A stretch of DNA of 15,855 bases from Chthoniobacterales bacterium (GCA_003244145.1 QHBM01000070.1:204-16058), one strand, 5' to 3'. Shown: positions 7,391 to 14,467, counted from the first letter of the stretch. Program-made: numbers and translations. The notes: generated by a model from the letters alone, not told the origin.

Positions 7391-8452
7391 TCAAGCAGGG
7401 AAGTAAGCGAGAATGATCGCGGCGATGAAAATGTTTACGAGCGCGATCTCGAAAAAGAAGACCCAGCCGAGCCGCATCAGTTGATCGTACCGAAAACGCG
7501 GCAGCGTCCAGCGCACCCAGATGAAAACAAAAAGGAGCACGGCCACCTTCGAGAAAAAGACAAAAATGTTCACCAGCCCCCAGCTCCAGCCCTGCGAACC
7601 GTCCGGAATGCCGGGAAAATGCCAGCCGCCGAGAAAGAGGGTCACGATGATCGCGCTGCCAGTGATCATGGCGACGTATTCGCCGAGAAAAAAGAGCCCG
7701 AACTTCATCGAGCCGTACTCGGTGTGATAACCGCCCACCAGTTCCGTCTCCGCTTCCGGCAAGTCGAAGGGCAATCGGTTCGTTTCCGCGAAAATCGCAA
7801 TCGTGAAAACGACGAACGAGATCAGCATCGGAATCGCGAGAAGCCATTTGCGAAGATTCGTCCAATCGCCCACGAACGGTGCGATCATCCAGCCGTGCTC
7901 GATTTGATAACTCACGACCTCGGTTAACCGGAGCTGGCCGATGAGAAGGAAAACCGGAATGACGGCGAGACCGAGCGAAAGTTCGTAGGAGATCATCTGC
8001 GAACTGGAACGGACTCCGCCGAGGAATGGATACTTGGAGTTGGACGACCAGCCGGCAATGACGATGCCGTAAACGCCTAACGAGGCGATCGCGAAGACGA
8101 AAAGAACTCCGACATTGATGTCCGCGATCACCATCGGCACACCGAAGAGCGAGCTGCCGAAAGGGACGACGGCGAGCGTCGTGATCGCGGGGATCATCGC
8201 GAGGCAGGGCGCAAGCCAGTAGTAAAACTTGTTTACGTGTCCCGGAGTAAAATCCTCTTTCAGGAGAAACTTCGCGGCATCGGCGATAGGCTGGAATAAT
8301 CCGAAGGGACCGACGCGATTCGGTCCGAGCCGGTCCTGGATCAGCGCGCTGATCCGGCGTTCGGCATAGACAGTGTAGTTCATGATGCCGAGCACGACCG
8401 CGAGCAGCGCCACGATTTTCACTAGCGAGGTCGTGAGGTAGAAATAATCCAT
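7391..8452 (-). CDS. nuoH: NADH-quinone oxidoreductase subunit H
   Basis: The protein contains LIQDRLGPNRVGPFGLFQPIADAAKF and a polytopic body. The start is set at Met59 of the track ORF (MDYFYLTTSLVKIVALLAVV..., ATG 8450-8452), sharing one base with the nuoG TGA (TGATG). The upstream 58 codons overlap nuoG and are hydrophilic and Arg-rich. Confidence 0.9.
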   Translation of the reverse strand: MDYFYLTTSLVKIVALLAVVLGIMNYTVYAERRISALIQDRLGPNRVGPFGLFQPIADAAKFLLKEDFTPGHVNKFYYWLAPCLAMIPAITTLAVVPFGSSLFGVPMVIADINVGVLFVFAIASLGVYGIVIAGWSSNSKYPFLGGVRSSSQMISYELSLGLAVIPVFLLIGQLRLTEVVSYQIEHGWMIAPFVGDWTNLRKWLLAIPMLISFVVFTIAIFAETNRLPFDLPEAETELVGGYHTEYGSMKFGLFFLGEYVAMITGSAIIVTLFLGGWHFPGIPDGSQGWSWGLVNIFVFFSKVAVLLFVFIWVRWTLPRFRYDQLMRLGWVFFFEIALVNIFIAAIILAYFPA

Positions 8453-10116
8453 CAGGCGGGGCTCCCTGCGTTTTCCAGAATCTGCACACCGAGATCGCCG
8501 ATCTTGCTCAGGCTCAATCCCGCGAATTGCGGCACTGACTCGCTCATTTGCCGAAAGACATCCTCGATCGAATAAATTCCATTGCGGCCCGAGCAGGCCT
8601 GAATCAAGTCGCGCAGAATTTCCCAATCATCGCGTGCCTGGCCCGGACCGCGCACAGCCCGATTGAGCCTTTGCAACCGGCCTTTGCCATTAATCATCGA
8701 CCCGCGTTTTTCGGCGAAACCGAACGAGGGCAGAAGAGCGGTCGCCGCGGGCGTCGAGTCGTTGGCCAGGATATTCATCGCGATGAACGCGGGCAACGCG
8801 GTGATCTGCGCGACGGTCAATCCGATCTCGATCGGATTCTCCCCGAGCGCGACCAGCGCCTTGATTCGGCCGGACGCAACGCCCTGCACTATTTCCGGAA
8901 GTCGAGCGCCGGGCTGCGACGTCACGCCGAGGAGCCGCGCGCCGTTCGTATTGGGATTGCGGTCCGCGCTCAAAAGAATGTTGTCCGCCGGCCCGTGGCG
9001 CGGAACGATGTCGATCGATTCGACGCCGAGCGTTTTTGCGAGTTGCGACGTCAGCCAAAGCTCTTCATTGGTCATCCGGCCGGAAGCGAGGATCGCAATT
9101 TCCCAACCGGAGAAATGTTTCAACTGCACGGCCGCATGCGTGATCGCGACGCTCCATTCGGCCGGGATGAGTTTGTCGCCGGAAAGAATTTCCGGCTGAA
9201 GCAGCCGCTTCTCCGATTGGAGATACCCGAAGTTCAGACGGCCGTAGTCGCACATCCAGCAGGAATTAACGGCGTCGTTTTCGCGCGGTGTTTGCCGGTA
9301 GATCACATCTTCGCGCGTCCCGATGATGGTGTTGCAGCCGGTCGCGCAACTCGTGCAAAAACTTTTCGTTTCCTTTAAAAACCAGACGCGCATCTGGAAC
9401 CGGAAATCGGAAGAGGTCAGCGCGCCGACCGGGCAGATATCGACGGTGTTGAGCGAATAATTATTTTCCAATCGTTTGCCGGGATGGGCCGTCAGGACAC
9501 TGTGGCTGCCGCGATCGACGAACCCGAGGACGTCGTCCTGCGCCACTTCCTGGCAAAAACGAATGCAGCGCGAACAGAGAATGCAGCGCTCGTCATCGAG
9601 CGTGACGCGCGGCCCGAGCTCGATGTTCTTCGGCTTCTTCACCTTGTTTTCGAGGAAGCGCGATTCGGCGCTGCCGTATTCCACGCTGAATTCCTGCAAC
9701 CGGCATTCGCCCGCTTGATCGCAGATCGGACAATCGAGCGGATGATTGATGAGGAGAAATTCCATCACGCCTTTGCGGCATTCCACTGCCAGCGGCGAAT
9801 CGGTCCGGACGCCCATGCCTTCACTGACGTCCTGCGCGCAGGAAATTTGCGGGCGCGGCATCCAGTTGATCAGCGGTTTGCCATCCGGGCCGAGCTCGGG
9901 TTTGCGGTCGGGCCCCATTTTCGGGAGTCCCATTTCGATCAGGCACATGCGGCAGTTGCCCGGCGAGCTGAGCTTCTTGTGGTAGCAATACCGCGGCACG
10001 TAGCTGCCCGCCTTTTCGCAAGCCTCGATCACGCGCGTCCCTTTCGGGAACTCGTGCCAGACGCCGTTGATCTGGACGTTGACCATTTGCGGTGGAGCTG
10101 AGACTTGGTCACTCAT
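8452..10116 (-). CDS. nuoG: NADH-quinone oxidoreductase subunit G, short form (554 aa)
   Basis: The N-terminal 2Fe-2S region is ...CEKAG...RYCYH...GNCRMCLIE. Further cluster motifs are HPLDCPICDQAGECRLQ, ERCILCSRCIRFCQEV...DICPVGAL, and an extra Cys motif CTSCATGCN...SCWMCDYG (N7-like). These are followed by only part of the molybdopterin-oxidoreductase-like domain. Confidence 0.9.
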   Translation of the reverse strand: MSDQVSAPPQMVNVQINGVWHEFPKGTRVIEACEKAGSYVPRYCYHKKLSSPGNCRMCLIEMGLPKMGPDRKPELGPDGKPLINWMPRPQISCAQDVSEGMGVRTDSPLAVECRKGVMEFLLINHPLDCPICDQAGECRLQEFSVEYGSAESRFLENKVKKPKNIELGPRVTLDDERCILCSRCIRFCQEVAQDDVLGFVDRGSHSVLTAHPGKRLENNYSLNTVDICPVGALTSSDFRFQMRVWFLKETKSFCTSCATGCNTIIGTREDVIYRQTPRENDAVNSCWMCDYGRLNFGYLQSEKRLLQPEILSGDKLIPAEWSVAITHAAVQLKHFSGWEIAILASGRMTNEELWLTSQLAKTLGVESIDIVPRHGPADNILLSADRNPNTNGARLLGVTSQPGARLPEIVQGVASGRIKALVALGENPIEIGLTVAQITALPAFIAMNILANDSTPAATALLPSFGFAEKRGSMINGKGRLQRLNRAVRGPGQARDDWEILRDLIQACSGRNGIYSIEDVFRQMSESVPQFAGLSLSKIGDLGVQILENAGSPA

Positions 10117-10131
10117 GAAGAAGGATGAATT

Positions 10132-10153
10132 AGGAAAGCAGGAAAAAAGGAAA
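10132..10153. repeat. Left terminal inverted repeat of the GxxExxY cassette: (AGGAAA NN) x3, period 8
   Basis: The sequence is AGGAAAgcAGGAAAaaAGGAAA, with units at 10132, 10140 and 10148. It abuts the stop codon of the cassette ORF (10154-10156) and ends 15 nt from the nuoG ATG. Positions 10132-10145 are the perfect reverse complement of 10554-10567. Confidence 0.8.
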
Positions 10154-10582
10154 CTAAGATCGAAAATCGGCCACTGGGTTTGCTGATTCCCGGCAGAACC
10201 TCTTGATCGTCAGCGGAGCAGTTGCGAAATTTAGCAAGAGGCCGTCTTGAAGATTGGTGGCTTTTAGATAGCTGCGACCAATGGCGAAGTGAATGTCCTC
10301 GAGAGCGCTGATGGCTTTTAGCTCCACGACAATTTGATCTTCCACCAGGAAATCGAGTCGATGCTCGCCGATTTGGTGATCCTTGTAGAAAAGCGCGATT
10401 GGCTTCTGTCGGACGAATTGAATTCCGCTCAAAGCGAATTCCACAGCGAGTGCCTGCTCGTAGACCGACTCCAGAAATCCGGGTCCCAGTTCACGATGCA
10501 CCGCAATGGCGGCGGCGATGATTCGTTGAGTTACGTCTCGTCCCCTTAGATCCTTTCCTGCTTTCCTATTTTCCTGATTCAT
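10154..10582 (-). CDS. GxxExxY family protein (PD-(D/E)xK nuclease superfamily, PDDEXK_3-like), 142 aa
   Basis: The protein contains IIAAAIAVHRELGPGFLESVYEQALAVEF, which holds the eponymous G-F-L-E-S-V-Y. It then has HRLDFLVEDQIVVELK (a D...E-x-K nuclease motif) and the typical LLLNF...TIKR ending. The ATG at 10580-10582 lies 2 nt after the nuoEF stop. Confidence 0.85.
   Translation of the reverse strand: MNQENRKAGKDLRGRDVTQRIIAAAIAVHRELGPGFLESVYEQALAVEFALSGIQFVRQKPIALFYKDHQIGEHRLDFLVEDQIVVELKAISALEDIHFAIGRSYLKATNLQDGLLLNFATAPLTIKRFCRESANPVADFRS
10554..10575. repeat. Right terminal inverted repeat of the GxxExxY cassette: (TTTCCT NN) x3, period 8
   Basis: The sequence is TTTCCTgcTTTCCTatTTTCCT, with units at 10554, 10562 and 10570. 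It lies inside codons 3-10 (QENRKAGK) of the cassette ORF. An outer ATTCAT (10577-10582) mirrors ATGAAT at 10125-10130. Confidence 0.8.
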
Positions 10583-10584
10583 TT

Positions 10585-12570
10585 TCAGATTGTTCCCGCG
10601 GTGGCCGTTTCTTCCCGGCCTGGATTACGGGCCAGCGGCATCGTCTCGATCTTTGCGTGATCGATCAATTCGCCGGATGTGTATTCGGGCGGCATCGGCG
10701 GCGGAATTGGTTTCTGACTGCGTGCGGTAAACTCTTCGCGAAATTTTTCGACAAAACTTTGGGTCGGCCACGCGCACGCTTCGCCAAAGGCGCAGATGGT
10801 CCGGCCCGCGATATTGTCGGCGACAGTTTTCAAGGTGTCGGGGTCCTGGACCACGCCGCCGCCGAGCAACATCCGGTCGGTGATCTTTTGCATCCAGAGT
10901 GAACCTTCGCGGCAGGGGGTGCATTGGCCGCAGCTCTCGTGCGCGTAAAATTCGTTGATGTTGTTCAGCGTCCAAACCATGTCGCGCGAATCGTCGAGCA
11001 CGATGACGCCGCCGGAGCCGGCCATCGACCCCGCCGCAGCGAGCGAATCGAAGTCCATCGGAATTTCGAAGAGCGACACTTCCTGTTCCGCCATCGAACC
11101 GTCGGATTGCTTGAGTTTGAGTTTGAAGCGCTCGTCCCCGCGCAAGACTTTTGCGGAGCTGCCGCCGGGGATAACGGCTTTGATCGTGCGACCGTGGCGC
11201 GGACCGCCGGCCATATCGTAAATCAATTGGCCCATGGTGACGGCGCCAACTTCGATTTCAAAATATCCGGGTCGCTGCACGTCGCCGCTCACACAAACGA
11301 TGCGGGTGCCGGTGTTATTCGGGCGTCCGAGCTGCGCGTATTTTCCGCCGCCCATCTCGATGATGTGTTTCACGTGGCAAAGCGTTTCCACGTTGTTGAC
11401 GATGGTGGGGCACATGTAGAGGCCGAGCACCGCGGGGAAATACGGCGGCTTGATCCGTGGGTACGCGCGCTTGCCTTCGAGCGATTCGATCAGGCCGGTT
11501 TCTTCACCGCAGATATACGCGCCGGCGCCGCGGTGGATGTAAACCTCGACGTCGAATCCGGTGCCGAGCATGTCCCGCCCGAGAAAATTCTTGGCGCGCG
11601 CTTCCTCGATCGCGCGCTCGAGGATCTGCGCGCCTTCGGGAAATTCACCGCGGATGTAGATGTAGGCCGTCTTCGCGTTAAGCGCGAAACAGGAGATCAG
11701 AATGCCTTCGAGGAGTTGATGCGGATCTTCGTGAAGGATGTAGCGATCCTTGAACGTGCCCGGCTCGGATTCGTCGGCGTTGCAAATCAGGTAGACTGGC
11801 TTTTTTTCGTCGGCTTTGATGAAGCTCCATTTCACGCCGCAGGGGAAACCGGCGCCGCCGCGTCCGCGGAGCCCCGACGTTTTCACTTCGTTGACGATTT
11901 CCGTCCGCGACATCTTGACGGCTTTTTTTAACTGCTCGTAACCGCCGCCGCGCAGGTAGCAGTCAATGTCCGTCGTCCAATCTTTGCGTCCGATGTTTTG
12001 GAAAATGAGACGATGCTCGAGCGGGTGGGGGAGTCGGTTCTTGGTTATTGGAGATTGGTTATTGGTAAGAAGAGCGGAGGCAGCGGCCGGTTGCACGTTC
12101 TCGATCAATTCATCCTGGACCATGCAGACGGGCGCGGTGCCGCAACTGGCTAGGCACTCGACAAATTCGATGCTGTATTTGCCGTCCTTGCTCAGCGAAA
12201 TCGGAGTGTGCACGCCCTTGTCGTCATGCTTGCGCACAATCCCGGCGGCGGCGGACGCTTTCTCCATGACCTGATAACTTCCGGCCATGGCGCAGCTCAA
12301 AGTGCGGCAGACACGAATATGCGTTTTCCCGGCCGAGGCCTGCCGGAACATCGGGTAGAACGTGACCAGCTCGAGAATGTTGATCGGCTGCAGCTCGAGT
12401 TTGGCGGCGATCCACTGCACGCCCGCGTCGCTGATAAATCCAAACTCCTCCTGCCAAAGATGGAGCAGGGGCATCGACGCGCTTCGCTTCCGATCGGCCG
12501 GATAATGGCTGATCGCTTCGTCCATTTTCCGCTCCAGCTCGGCGGAGATGCGCGTGTTCGTCGGGTCCAC
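10585..12570 (-). CDS. nuoEF: Fused NADH-quinone oxidoreductase subunits E and F (NuoE-NuoF, 661 aa)
   Basis: Residues ~1-165 form the NuoE module (ISHYP..., [23 protein letters not shown], i.e. the 2Fe-2S Cys set). The linker is [17 protein letters not shown]. Residues ~185-615 form the NuoF module ([43 protein letters not shown]). A ~45-aa Pro-rich tail follows. It is one uninterrupted frame. The start is either the GTG at 12568-12570 or the ATG at 12523-12525, which has a GGAG 6 nt upstream. Confidence 0.88.
   Translation of the reverse strand: MDPTNTRISAELERKMDEAISHYPADRKRSASMPLLHLWQEEFGFISDAGVQWIAAKLELQPINILELVTFYPMFRQASAGKTHIRVCRTLSCAMAGSYQVMEKASAAAGIVRKHDDKGVHTPISLSKDGKYSIEFVECLASCGTAPVCMVQDELIENVQPAAASALLTNNQSPITKNRLPHPLEHRLIFQNIGRKDWTTDIDCYLRGGGYEQLKKAVKMSRTEIVNEVKTSGLRGRGGAGFPCGVKWSFIKADEKKPVYLICNADESEPGTFKDRYILHEDPHQLLEGILISCFALNAKTAYIYIRGEFPEGAQILERAIEEARAKNFLGRDMLGTGFDVEVYIHRGAGAYICGEETGLIESLEGKRAYPRIKPPYFPAVLGLYMCPTIVNNVETLCHVKHIIEMGGGKYAQLGRPNNTGTRIVCVSGDVQRPGYFEIEVGAVTMGQLIYDMAGGPRHGRTIKAVIPGGSSAKVLRGDERFKLKLKQSDGSMAEQEVSLFEIPMDFDSLAAAGSMAGSGGVIVLDDSRDMVWTLNNINEFYAHESCGQCTPCREGSLWMQKITDRMLLGGGVVQDPDTLKTVADNIAGRTICAFGEACAWPTQSFVEKFREEFTARSQKPIPPPMPPEYTSGELIDHAKIETMPLARNPGREETATAGTI
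12041..12065. repeat. 11-bp perfect direct repeat (TTGGTTATTGG x2, 3-nt spacer) in the NuoE-NuoF linker
   Basis: The copies are at 12041-12051 and 12055-12065, with AGA between them. On the coding strand this reads CCAATAACCAA tct CCAATAACCAA. The 14-nt period means the two copies are read in different frames (TNNQ / SPITK). Confidence 0.85.
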
Positions 12571-12581
12571 AGACGACGCGC

Positions 12582-12887
12582 TTAATCGGACAACGTGCTG
12601 ACTTTCGACTGCACCTTGTCGTCTTTGAAAATGATGGTGACCGACTCTTTCCCCTGGGCGTAAACGTAAGTCGTCTTTTTCAGGAGAACGAAATCCTTCG
12701 TATCGACGGTCGTGGGCGAACCCAAAATCGATTCGACCTGCTTCTTCGACATGCCATCGATCACTTCATCGACGTTGGCCTTGGTCAGCCGCTTGGACGA
12801 GTGGCACGCCGTCACCGCGCAGGCCAGCACCGTCACGATAGTGACGAGGCTGAGAAACCGGGCGGCGTGTTTTAGCAGGTGAGTCAT
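12582..12887 (-). CDS. Small lipoprotein, BamE(SmpA/OmlA)/DUF3862-like, 101 aa (paralog B)
   Basis: The signal peptide carries a lipobox (LACAVTA|C). The mature domain is RLTKANVDEVIDGMSKKQVESILGSPTTVDTKD...KKTTYVYAQGKESVTIIFKDDKV, following the x-Y/V-x-x-I-x-x-GMS-x-x-QV-x-x-ILG-x-P pattern of small BLIP-like or BamE-like lipoproteins. By hand alignment it is about 50% identical over the mature part to the adjacent ORF. Confidence 0.75.
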   Translation of the reverse strand: MTHLLKHAARFLSLVTIVTVLACAVTACHSSKRLTKANVDEVIDGMSKKQVESILGSPTTVDTKDFVLLKKTTYVYAQGKESVTIIFKDDKVQSKVSTLSD

Positions 12888-12893
12888 CCGAGT

Positions 12894-13199
12894 TTATCTT
12901 CCGAGGTTCGAATCCTTCCCATCCACTTCGTCGTTCTTGAACGTGATCATCGCGAATTTCTTTCCGTCCTCATAACGGTAGGTCGTCTTCTTGAAGATGA
13001 GCATGTCCTTTGTCTCGACCGTGCTGGCTGGTCCCAGGATTTTTTCCACCTGCGCCTTGCTCATGCCGACGCTGATCTGGTTGTAATTATCCAGAGTGAG
13101 GCGCGAACCGGAGATCGCGTTGCGATCGCAAGCGGCAAAGGTGATAAGAACGAGCAAAGCAAGAATGCCGATAACTGACCGCGAGTTTTTTTGTTTCAT
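12894..13199 (-). CDS. Small lipoprotein, BamE(SmpA/OmlA)/DUF3862-like, 101 aa (paralog A)
   Basis: The start is set at the internal Met (MKQKNSRSVIGILALLVLITFAA|C, lipobox; ATG 13197-13199), 11 nt after the nuoD stop. The longer track ORF (to 13523) overlaps nuoD and is Arg/Ala-rich noise. The mature part is RLTLDNYNQISVGMSKAQVEKILGPASTVETKD...KKTTYRYEDGKKFAMITFKNDEV. Confidence 0.75.
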   Translation of the reverse strand: MKQKNSRSVIGILALLVLITFAACDRNAISGSRLTLDNYNQISVGMSKAQVEKILGPASTVETKDMLIFKKTTYRYEDGKKFAMITFKNDEVDGKDSNLGR

Positions 13200-13210
13200 A
13201 AAGTGGTTTG

Positions 13211-14467
13211 TCACCTGTCGCATTCGCCCATAACGAAGTCCAGACTGCCGAGCACCGCTACGACATCGCTCAGCGAACAGCCCGGCAGGAGCTCGGGCAA
13301 AATGCTCAGATTCACAAAGGACGGCGCGCGAATTTTCAGCCGGTGCGGGACACCGCCGCCTTTGCTGTTGATGTAAAAGCCGAGCTCGCCTTTGGGGTTT
13401 TCCGCCGCGAAATAGATTTCCCCCGGCGGCGCGTCGAGACCTTCGGTCACGACGATAAAATGGTGGATGAGCTCCTCCATTTTTGTCATGACGTGCGATT
13501 TGGGTGGCGGCATGTTTTTCCAATCGACCACGTTGATCGGCCCGCTCGGCAGCTTTTCGATTACCTGCCGCAAAATGCGCACGCTTTGCCGCATCTCTTC
13601 AATCCGCACGAGATAACGATCGTAACAATCGCCCGCGGTCCCTACGACCACTTCGAAATCGTACTTCTCGTAATCGAGATAAGGATGCTTCCGGCGAAGA
13701 TCGTGTTCGACGCCGCTCCCGCGCAGGTTCGGTCCGGAAAGCGCGTAAGCGATCGCGCGTTCGCGCGGGATCACGCCGATGCCGCGGGTCCGGTCCACGA
13801 AAATCCGATTGCGGGTCAGGAGCTTGTCCACCTCGTCGAGCTGCGGAATGAAATCGTCGAGAAACTTCTCGAGTTGCGGGATGAATCTCTCCGGCAAATC
13901 CCGAATCTGCCCGCCGACGCGGGTATAGGAAGTGGTGAAGCGAGCGCCGGTGAGCAGCTCGAAAAGGTTATAAAGTTTTTCGCGCTCGGTGAAAGTGTAG
14001 AGAAACGCGGTCATGGCGCCGAGATCGAGCGCCATCGCGCCCAGGCCGAGAAGGTGCGCGGAAATGCGCGCCGTCTCGCAGCAGATCACCCGGATGGCTT
14101 TCCCGCGCGGCGGCAATTCCCAGCCCATCAATTTCTCAACCGCGAGCGCGTAAGCGACGTTGTTCGCGAGTGGCGCGAGATAATCGAGCCGGTCCGTGTA
14201 AGGCACGAATTGGTTGTACTGCATGTTCTCGGCGATTTTTTCATCGCCGCGATGCAGGTAGCCGACATCCGGGGTCGCCTTGGTGATGGTCTCGCCATCC
14301 AGTTCCAGGACAAGGCGCAACACCCCATGCGTGGCCGGATGCGACGGCCCCATGTTGAGGACCATTTTTTCCCCGATGTCGCCGAGATTTTCGCGCATCC
14401 GCGCGTCCGCTGCGACCACGCGCGTGACAGCATCGGGAGATTCAATTTCGCGCGTGGTAAAAGCCAT
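13211..14467 (-). CDS. nuoD: NADH-quinone oxidoreductase subunit D
   Basis: The protein contains MVLNMGPSHPATHGVLRLVLELDGE near the N-terminus and ends in DVVAVLGSLDFVMGECDR, and it is 418 aa long. I prefer the ATG at 14465-14467 (MAFTTREIE...) over the TTG two codons upstream. It is not a NuoC-NuoD fusion, because only about 35 residues precede the LNMGP motif. Confidence 0.92.
   Translation of the reverse strand: MAFTTREIESPDAVTRVVAADARMRENLGDIGEKMVLNMGPSHPATHGVLRLVLELDGETITKATPDVGYLHRGDEKIAENMQYNQFVPYTDRLDYLAPLANNVAYALAVEKLMGWELPPRGKAIRVICCETARISAHLLGLGAMALDLGAMTAFLYTFTEREKLYNLFELLTGARFTTSYTRVGGQIRDLPERFIPQLEKFLDDFIPQLDEVDKLLTRNRIFVDRTRGIGVIPRERAIAYALSGPNLRGSGVEHDLRRKHPYLDYEKYDFEVVVGTAGDCYDRYLVRIEEMRQSVRILRQVIEKLPSGPINVVDWKNMPPPKSHVMTKMEELIHHFIVVTEGLDAPPGEIYFAAENPKGELGFYINSKGGGVPHRLKIRAPSFVNLSILPELLPGCSLSDVVAVLGSLDFVMGECDR

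Larger units (their letters stand above)
10132..10575 (-). mobile_element. Candidate TIR-bounded single-gene cassette (GxxExxY/PD-(D/E)xK ORF) inserted at the nuoF|nuoG junction
   Basis: 22-bp periodic inverted termini bracket exactly one non-respiratory ORF inside an otherwise contiguous nuo operon. Hand-counted G+C of two 60-nt lines inside the cassette is 48-50%, against 62% for one nuoG line. Mobility itself is not demonstrated. Confidence 0.4.
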
